Source: Eledone cirrhosa
Taxonomy: Eukaryota
Length of the DNA stretch: 64,000 nt
Assembly (NCBI GenBank): GCA_964016885.1
Contig: OZ024740.1
Coordinates: 240,002,001-240,066,000, forward strand
Direction: 5' to 3'
Both the position numbers and the translations under genes were made by a program. Positions 55,531 through 64,000 of this stretch are shown here, one piece after another; positions within the stretch are counted from its first letter, which is position 1, and every line of letters starts with the position of its first letter. The notes under the pieces were generated by a model. The model saw nothing but the letters and a program-made list of their open reading frames with translations, was not told where the DNA came from and did not search any database.

Positions 55531-55540
<10 letters not shown>
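54692..55540 (-). mobile_element. Partial tandem array (446-bp period) of hammerhead family G
   Basis: tggaatagaatgaaacgaaat.. repeated at 54934 and 55380, with a shorter copy at 54692; hammerhead inside the unit; (TA)n flanks. Confidence 0.8.
55213..55255 (-). ncRNA. Type I hammerhead ribozyme (family G)
   Basis: Reverse complement acgagg-CUGACGA-t agct aata agct t-GAAA-CTAG-UA-catcgt; one stem I mismatch; palindromic stem III. Confidence 0.72.
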
Positions 55541-55560
<20 letters not shown>

Positions 55561-55565
<5 letters not shown>

Positions 55566-55740
55566 TTATTAAAATAACAAATTAAAGTTTCACTCTTAAC
55601 GGATTCTTTGCTTAAACTTTAATCTGTTATTTTAATAAATATTTGCTCTACGGTTCCTATACATTTGATATATATATTTATCCTTATCGAGCCCTCTTTG
55701 GATTTTAGTCTTCAAATTTATTATTATTATTATTATTACT
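55561..55740. mobile_element. Family E fold-back copy with a central deletion
   Basis: Reverse orientation homologue of 12636-12858; arms tatttattaaaataaca.attaaagttt / aaactttaatctgttattttaataaata. Confidence 0.75.
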
Positions 55741-55756
55741 ATTATTATTATTATTA

Positions 55757-55823
<67 letters not shown>

Positions 55824-55933
55824 CAAGTAAGTATGTTTTGAAACAGTGAGCGAGTTTGAAATGAGAAATATAAGCTTTCACCGTATTTTTGACTAAAGAA
55901 TGTAGCTTCTAATTTGAATGGAAGGAGATGGGT

Positions 55934-56004
55934 GATGTGTTGGTGTAATTGTAGCACAGTGGTCTGGTTAACCAATGATGTGGGTTCGACTCCCATGTAC
56001 GTCA
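55934..56004 (+). pseudogene. tRNA-like sequence (GGT at anticodon position; probable pseudogene or element head)
   Basis: Cloverleaf with G-U rich acceptor gatgtgt/gtacgtc, anticodon arm tggt-ctGGTta-acca, T arm gtggg-ttcgact-cccat; oligo-T at 56014-23; D-loop GG missing. Confidence 0.55.
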
Positions 56005-56318
56005 ATACTCATCTTTTTTTTTTCATTTCTCTGAGGGTTCTAAACCCCACTATCAGGCTAAAAATTTCTTTAGTCAAAAATACGATGAAAGCTTATATTT
56101 CTAATATATATATATATATGGCTGACTGAATATCTTTTTTTCCTCTTTTCACTCTTTATCTTTCTATTTTTAACTCTATAGTCTGATTAAGGACTAATGT
56201 CCGAAACGTTAAGACCCTTTTCCTGCTATTTCAAGTGTTAAACTAATATATTTCGTCAATGTACTGTGTCGTTTGCTTTGTTATTTCTTTTTACTTTTTA
56301 CACACACACATACATATA

Positions 56319-56408
<90 letters not shown>

Positions 56409-56699
56409 ACTTTAAAGGTCATCCCACTGATCAGGCCAGACATAGCAGCAGACATGATCACAGTTAGTCTCATCTATTTTGTTTGTGTTTCTTTGTTTCC
56501 GACATAGCGTGTCTGGTATTATATTATCGAATGTGTCATTCTTATTTTACAACTAAAGGATGTGTTTTGAGAACGATTTTGTATCTAGTAACTTGTTTGT
56601 CGGATTATTGATATACGGGAAACCGTATTTCCTTGAAATTATGATCTCAATAAAACTGAGTTGCTAATGGTTTCAAAGATAAAAAAATATAAAGTGGTA

Positions 56700-59230
56700 A
56701 AATTGTTCTAAATACTCACGTAGTGTATGGTGAACCTGGCAGAAGCAATCGCTCTCTTACTCATATCATGATACAAAACTGTTGTTCAAAGTATCTAGTT
56801 ACCAACATTATATCTAAAGGACGAAATATTTTTCAGCGACATGTTATGCTAAAGAACGGGTCAGAGGTGGCGGATAGCGATACGACTACCAGATATGATG
56901 GTTAGTTGCGATATAAGCGACCCCCTTCGCTAGTAAATGCCACCTCTAAAAAAGCCTAACTATCGCGAGTCTGAGAAAGTACCAGACTGGCGCGAATAAG
57001 ACCACCAAAACTAAAATATGGTGAGAGGTAACAAAAAGAATCCTACCGCATCCTCCTTCGCGCAGGTTAACAGGGGACGCGTTTGAAAAATATATTGTAG
57101 TCTACATTTCACGCGGTAAAAACACGCGACCTGTACTGGGAGACGTAGGATGAATACAAACAGATTACGTATCCCCAGAACCCAAATAGGAGTTGGAAGG
57201 GATCAAACCGGGAAAATTGGAACCTGGAGCATCACAACCCTTATAGATAAGGAACAGGAATTAGTTGGGGAGGCTAGATACTGCCGGCTATAGTCGAGGT
57301 TTCCTCAACAACGTTCCGTGGCTCTAGTACCGAAGATTTAGAATGAGGGTGGACACTCCATTATTCAGAAATGACTGCATAGGGGGGTATTGGGAATAGT
57401 CATAAGCTTCCGGCTGTCAGAATGTGTTGTGGACTGGATCCCATTAAGAGGGGGGATTTGTCTCATAAAGCTTATGCTGAAAGATAGGTCTCTATGAGTG
57501 TTGAAAGTCTATGCACCAAACAAACAAAAAAGACTTCAAGTCACATGTTGACACTGACTACCTGACATGGAAAGGAGTAATTGGAGGGGCTGCCGGTCCC
57601 GATCTAAATATGAGTCGAGGAGCCATATTGAACTTCTGTTCCATCAATGGATTCTCTATTATGAACACCTTCTTCCTGCACAGAGACATTCATAAACATA
57701 CATGGTATAAGAGAAAACAGGAACAGAGATCAATAACTGATTTTGTTATTGACTCCGATCTCTTCGATTCTGTGCTGGATGTTCGTGTTAAGAGAGAGGT
57801 TGAGCTGTCAACAGATCACCAGCTAGTCAACTACAACTTGAAACTACCTTAAAGCCAAAGGCACCCACAAAAGTAGCGAGTCCAAGACATTGTACAGGAG
57901 GATAAAGTGGGAAGCGTTGATGAATAAGGAAGTCAGGACCAGGTATGTGAATATTATTGCATCCAAATTCAGAGAACACACTGAACAAACTGATAACGTT
58001 GAAACGGAGTGGAAACTCGGCAGTTTCTACATCAGTTGTTAAATGTTGAGGGCAAAAGCGATTTGGTATGTTGCTAGGTGGCATGAGGACCCCTTCATTC
58101 AATCAAGAGGTCAAAGATGCCATCCAAGCAAAGAAGACCTACAAAGCTTGGCTTGGAAATAAGTCTTCCTTCTTGCCATACAAATAGGCATGAAAGGTCG
58201 CAGCAGCGACAGTAACGGCGTACAAAGTCAAGACATGGGAGGACTTTGGGGTTAAGCTGGAATCCGACTTCAGATCAGCAAATAAAGTTTTTCTCGCAGA
58301 CCATCTGCCGACTTCGTAATAAGATGTCCTTCATACCTGCTATCAGAAACGTGTTTGGTGTTCTCCTCTCTTCAGAGAGATACATCCTCGCAAATTGGGG
58401 AGAATACTTCGTTGATCTCCTAAACCCGTTTACAACAGCATCTTCTGATGTTCATGAAGTGCCCCTGCAAGCGAAGACTAATCTTTCGGAGGCTGATGGC
58501 ACAAGAATAATAAAAGAGTTGATATGTGGCAAGGTCACTGGAGAGGAGGAAAATCGTTTCGAGATGTTAAAAGCCTTAAATAGGGAAGGTATTCTCTGGC
58601 TAGCTCGTATATGATGATTGGCCTTAATCTCTGGAAAGGCACCTAAGCAACGACCATCGGAGGAGATAATCCCAATTCTCAAAAAGGGGAGAAGAGATTG
58701 CTCCAGTTATAGAGGGATCACCTTTATCTCCGGTAAAGTCTCTGCTAAGTGTCTGACAAAGAGATGTAGGGAGATCGGCGAATCCAAGCCAGCTGATCAA
58801 CAATGTGGTTTTCGCCACGGACGCATCACAGTCAACTAAATATTCACACTGCCGAAGTTGCACGACTGGAATGAAAATCAGAGCTGCGAAGACTGTGACA
58901 CACGTCCTCTCAGCGAAGCCCACATAGTACACATTACATGTGAACTGAGTTCCACTGAATCAGGTGGAAAAGTTCAAGTATCTCGGAGCCTTGTTCATGA
59001 GTGATGGAAAACAGAAAATTGAATTAATTGCAAGAATTGCAAGAATTGTAGGAACTGGTGCAAACTTTGCCATTCAGTAATTAGAAGGAAGGTGAGTGTA
59101 AAAGCCAAATTTGCTCTCTTCAATTCATTATTCAGGCCAACCCTTACCTATGGTCATGAATATTGGGTAATGACCGAAAGAATATGATCGCGAATACAAG
59201 CGGCCGAAATAGGGTTCCTCCGAAGTGTCT
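56700..59230 (+). mobile_element. Decayed RTE-clade LINE (APE endonuclease + partial RT), cut by the 619-bp palindrome
   Basis: GTWSITTL..KEQELV, VYAP, IMNTFF, LSTDH, SYRGIT, QQCGFR, QVEKFKYLG; many stops; 5' boundary approximate. Confidence 0.85.
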
Positions 59231-59980
59231 TGTACAAAATTATACAAAATTATACAAACTATCAAAATTAAATATACATACCAACACATATATATGCCGT
59301 CTTCAGAAATAATGAAATATATTTATTGATAATAACAACAATTCAAAATTACAGGTCTGTTTGGGAACAGAGTTCAAATTGACCAATGAAAACACAAAAA
59401 GTTTATACAGTTAGGTGTATGTATATATGTAAGTAACTTCGTTCACAGATATGCATAAAAATATATGTTCACATGCATACGCATGCCGAAAAGATGTATG
59501 TAAATACAAAAATTCAGGGCTAATGTCTCTGTATGTTTTATAAACATACAGAGACATTAGCCCTGAATTTTTGTATTTACATACATCTTTTCGGCATGCG
59601 TATGCATGTGAACATATATTTTTATGCATATCTGTGAACGAAGTTACTTACATATATACATACACCTAACTGTATAAACTTTTTGTGTTTTCATTGGTCA
59701 ATTTGAACTCTGTTCCCAAACAGACCTGTAATTTTGAATTGTTGTTATTATCAATAAATATATTTCATTATTTCTGAAGACGGCATATATATGTGTTGGT
59801 ATGTATATTTAATTTTGATAGTTTGTATAATTTTGTATAATTTTGTACATAGATCTGTTGAATATGCATGCCAATTCTAACACATATATATCCTAGAAAC
59901 GATCGTTAAATAATGAACTTTTTTTGTTTAATATAAGGAACTGTTTCATTGTTTTATTCATTATTTTTTTTATATTTTAT
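59231..59980. mobile_element. Family C fold-back: perfect 619-bp palindrome (59231-59849) plus 3' extension
   Basis: 308-bp arms symmetric about 59540 (loop tat), no mismatch seen; plus arm continues through the hammerhead into (TA)n. Confidence 0.9.
59764..59917 (+). ncRNA. Type I hammerhead ribozyme with long stem II (family C)
   Basis: 10-bp perfect stem I ttcattattt/aaataatgaa; CUGAAGA 59774-80; 115-nt stem II region; GAAA 59896-99; palindromic CGATCG; UU site after 59907. Confidence 0.8.
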
Positions 59981-60007
59981 ATATATATAAATATATATAT
60001 ATATATA

Positions 60008-60420
60008 ACCAGATGGGATATTTAATTTGTTGGTAATTCAACAAACATAAATGTTTATAACTGATTCAGAGTACTCGACAAGTTTCTGGAGTAAATATTC
60101 AATGATATTTAATAAATGGAAAGTATATTTATAAAACCATATTTATTCTATTATATATATTTCAAGGGTACCAAAAACTTTGGTAGGCTTTCATCAGATA
60201 AAATACAAAGTGTGTTTTATAAATTTTGACATACCCAAGGAACATACCTTATCAGGAAAATTCAACTGATAAAGTATTTTCCTTGGCTATGTCAAAATTT
60301 ATAAAACACACTTTGTATTTTATCAGATGAAAGCGTACCAAAGTTTTTGGTACTCTTGAAATATATATAATAGAATAAATATGGTTTTATAAATATAGTT
60401 TCCATTTATTTAATATCATT
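60008..60420. mobile_element. (TA)n-flanked fold-back, hammerhead family A (second copy)
   Basis: 155-bp arms 60101-60255 / 60266-60420; homologous to 1167-1578; one hammerhead per arm. Confidence 0.88.
60144..60205 (-). ncRNA. Type I hammerhead ribozyme (family A, minus arm)
   Basis: Reverse complement tattttat-CUGAUGA-aagcctaccaaagtttttggtaccctt-GAAA-tatata-UA-atagaata; the plus-arm copy (60316-60377) has CAGAUGA. Confidence 0.8.
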
Positions 60421-60447
60421 ATATATATATATATATATATATATATA

Positions 60448-60849
60448 CTAGCAGAGGAACCCGGCGTTGCCCGAGTATTAAATAGTAGTTGTGTATACCA
60501 TTTATGTCAATACTTCAGTGCTGCTTCGAAAACTATACTTTTACAAAAGGGGGTTCCCTACTCAATATGTGCCAATTCTGAGAGTTCACATTCATCTGTA
60601 GTACAAACGTAGCCCATGTGTCAAGTTTTGTGAAAATCCGTTGCGAACTCCAGAAGTTATGACGTTTTGTTGCATTGCACTGCAGTGCTTCAGTCGACTC
60701 CAAGGAAGTGGTTAAAGGGGGTTATCTGCCGGGAGGCCCTATAATCAATATCTGTAAAAATGAAAGTGCCCATGACCATCCGGAGTACATAAGTAACCAA
60801 TGTCTTAAGTTTGGTGAAAATACTGTAGAAATGCATAAGGTTTATACAC

Positions 60850-60880
<31 letters not shown>

Positions 60881-61508
60881 TGTGTTTGTGTTTGTGTGTG
60901 TGGGAGGGGGTATGTATTTGTGTGTGCGTATTATGTGTATGTCCGTCGGGGCATACGTATGTACTGGCCTAAATCTTCACTATTTACTTTTACTATTTTA
61001 AAAACTTCTGTCATTTTCGTTTTCAATTTTATTTACATCATTCTTAAACTCCGGGGCTGGAAATCATTCTGTTATGTTAAATAGAATATTAGTCTAACGA
61101 CTCTATTTATACCATAAACTTGGTCTTATCTTTGCATGAAATTGTTCTTCTCGTTCCACATAACGACGTATTATCCTCGCTTTTTTTTCCCGTTCATTGC
61201 CAGGGAACGTCTTCACAAACCAAAATATCGTCTCCCTGTTTTCGTTCGGTTGCAACGTTTCTCGAAATATGTACTTCTGCGTTCACAGATTACTCTCAGT
61301 TCAATATGAATGGGAAATTCCTGTTTCATCTATGTTCTCCGTAACCATGGAAGCTTGTACCCTAATAGTCGACCCAACGCCTTCTCGGGTCATTCTGCAT
61401 AACTGTGTAAATTTTCGCTGCATTCCACCAAGCCGTTTCGACGTTTATCCGACTACACCTACTTACTTAAATATACAACGTCCGACCACTTCCAATTTAT
61501 ATAGTAGA
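60448..61508 (-). mobile_element. Non-autonomous Helitron
   Basis: Minus strand A|TCTACTATATAAA 5' end; ctcgggcaacgccggg hairpin; 3' CTAG|T; no TSD. Confidence 0.85.
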
Positions 61509-61509
61509 T

Positions 61510-61905
61510 ATATAAGTATGTATACGTACATACATATATGTATACAGACGTACAGTAGTATGTATATATACACATACATGCACACATATATATATGTACG
61601 TATGGGTTTACCTAACATTTAGTATAATGTTCGGTTTGTTTGTAGACAAACAGCCCGAATTAAGCCGTACAGTGTTCGGCGACCATCGTTGCCCTTTTGT
61701 TCAACACTGACAAAGGAACGATGAACTAGTTTCAAGCTTATTAGCTATCGTCAGAATCGTATATCGTACATATATGTGTGCATCTATGTATATATATACA
61801 TACTACTGTACGTCTGTATACATATATGTATGTACGTATCCATACTTATATTTAAGTATCAGCCGTACTAAGAGTGAGAAATGAAATTTCATTTCATTCT
61901 TTTCT
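61510..61905. mobile_element. Family G copy in fold-back arrangement
   Basis: Inverted arms about 61510-61600 / 61765-61852; right arm continues to the family G terminus at about 61905, then (TA)n. Confidence 0.78.
61718..61760 (-). ncRNA. Type I hammerhead ribozyme (family G, second copy)
   Basis: Reverse complement acgatt-CUGACGA-tagctaataagctt-GAAA-CTAG-UU-catcgt. Confidence 0.7.
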
Positions 61906-62530
61906 ATATATATATATTTTAAGCTGCTATTTAGTATAATCTCAAGTCGCAAATCAAAATACATCTTGATGTACATATCCGTTTGTATACTCGAGAAAGT
62001 GCATAACATTGAAAATGGTGCCATAATGAATGTATAAAGTTTCAAAAACATACAAAAGCCATATACATATCAAAATTACATTGGAAAACGAATACTGAAG
62101 CCAAATATATGTATGTTGTTATTCGTATCGTTCTTGTACAGCACGAAAGCATATAAGTTCTCAATATTTGCTAGTGGTAGAAGTGTGTAGTGTTTGGAGT
62201 ATGTTTATTCATACATAAGGTAAACATGAATATTCCTTCAATGTGTGTTTTGTTCAATCGATATTCTGGGGGATTATATATATCAACGGATTTAAACAGT
62301 AATAAATAGCGATCATTGCATTTTCAAGTTATCTCGCGGGATTTGTGACAATTTCTTCGTGCATTAAGAGAGTTTGTTTTTATGTTCAAGAGAAGGAATC
62401 TTGGTGTGAATTGGCTAATCGAAATTAAACCATTTGTTTTGTTTACAACTGTACTGGGGTGGCTAATAACACATAGTTTCTCAGTAAGACAAAGTTCCTA
62501 GTTCTAAATGAAAGCACTTTATATAATATT

Positions 62531-62606
62531 ACCCATGTAATGTACCCATGTAATGTACCAATGTAATGTACCCATGTAATGTACCCATGTAATGTACCAA
62601 TGTAAT
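62531..62606. repeat. 12-13 bp minisatellite (tacccatgtaatg)n
   Basis: About six tandem copies. Confidence 0.92.
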
Positions 62607-63060
62607 CTTGGTTCTCTCTCACACATACACACGCGCGTTCACGCCACCCTCCCCCTCTCTCTCTCTCTCTCCTTATCCCTTGATTTCCAAGTATGTTCCG
62701 AAATTGCTGTGGCATTCACTTCTTTGTTAATACAGGTGATGCTATTAAGTTAGATATGGCCTGGGCCCCGACTGGCTGAAACCTATTAAAGATATCAAAG
62801 TTATACCGGAATTAGCGGTTATGTTGGTAGACGACTTTTAAAGGAGTGCTCTGGGAGTTCTATATATTATATTGATATATAATATTGGTGGAGAAATAAG
62901 TAAATATGTGTTGTGGAAGTCAGCTGAAAAGTTACATCAATGTACTAAAAAAGAAACACAAGAGAAAGAAGATATCTATGGACCGTACGTAAGGAGCCTA
63001 GAAATTCAGCACCCACTATACACTTTCAGCTTTATTCCCATTATTATTGGAACAATATAT

Positions 63061-63250
63061 GGCGGTGGATTGGCAGTATCGGTGGAAGGTCGGACGCCAT
63101 GCTTTCCAGCATAGTTACGTCCCTTTACGATCTGAGTTCAAATCCCGCCGAGGTTGACTTTGCCTTTCATCCTTACGGGGTCGATAAAATAAAGTACCAG
63201 TAATGCACTGGGTAATTGCTGGCCTTGTGCCTAAAGTAGAAACAATTATT
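63061..63250 (+). mobile_element. Full-length young tRNA-derived SINE with 21-bp TSD
   Basis: ggcggtggattggcagtatcgg head; B box gagttcaaatcc; TSD attattattggaacaatatat at 63040-60 and 63245-65. Confidence 0.97.
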
Positions 63251-64000
63251 ATTGGAACAATATATTATATACTAACACAGTATGTTTTAAATTTGTCTTC
63301 CTAATCAACAATATCAGGTCAGTTTTTGCTGTTGTTTAGCACCACTTCAACATTAATTGATTAGGACCTTTCATTAATGGCAACCCAACAACCCAACCGT
63401 GATCATTTCGTCTTTTTACTATGTGCAATGAACCTAGAACCACGGTGAGTGTCATTTGAGGGATATTTGGATAATTTGTCAAACAGTAAACAATGCTCGC
63501 GTGTTTGAATTAGGTTGCGAATTTTATTCAAAGCATCCTTACATAGTGTCACTTTGGTTGTATCTAAGGTGGCATTGTAGGTAAAAGTATCTAAGAAGTA
63601 ATATAATGCAATAAAAAGGTTGTTCCGTTGGTGGAATAACTGTATTGCTCATTTTCCAAAAACAATGTGTGATCTATTAAGGTTAATATCTATCAGGGAC
63701 GGTGGAACTGGGGTGGGGGACATGCCCCTTCCCCTAATAATTATATTTTTCTCCCCGAACTACCAAAACACACATCTATTTGTATATGCACTATAATTTA
63801 TGTACATGATATATTTTTTTATATTTATATCTATCGCATATCAAGTTTTTTTCTAATCACTACAATAACATTGACCAAAATTGCTTCGTGTGGGTATATT
63901 ATATACACCTGCACTGTAACTGTACAGTTTCTATGTTACGTTCCGTGTGCAACAGTTGCATCTGAAAATGTTACTCACATGCAATATTTCTAGATCTCAC

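Noticed and set aside
56181-56215. ctgattaaggactaatgtccgaaacgtt as a functional hammerhead
   Set aside because: G8 of the core is T (also at 13396) and stem I does not pair; kept only as a remnant
63061-63150. SINE heads as functional tRNA genes
   Set aside because: A and B boxes are present but there is no intact cloverleaf, and they are fused to a SINE core and tail with TSDs

Overview
This is AT-rich, microsatellite-dense animal DNA with no host exon I can support. The SINE and LINE repertoire suggests a cephalopod, probably Octopus (inference). Almost everything is mobile-element derived: two R4/Dong-type RLE LINEs (one with only two lesions, inserted in the (TAA)n tail of an RTE), a decayed third copy, two RTE LINE fragments, a Tx1-type fragment in (GATA)n, non-autonomous RTE derivatives in (TATG)n, many tRNA-derived SINEs with TSDs, Helitrons, a mariner MITE, a decayed hAT transposase and a probable solo LTR. 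The most striking signal is a set of at least six mutually unrelated short non-coding elements, mostly embedded in (TA)n. They form asymmetric head-to-head fold-backs and carry type I hammerhead ribozyme motifs (CUGANGA-stem II-GAAA-palindromic stem III-UH-stem I), and one is a perfect 619-bp palindrome. They look like a diverse population of non-autonomous Penelope-like or retrozyme-like elements. Nearly all short ORFs in the track are microsatellite artefacts.
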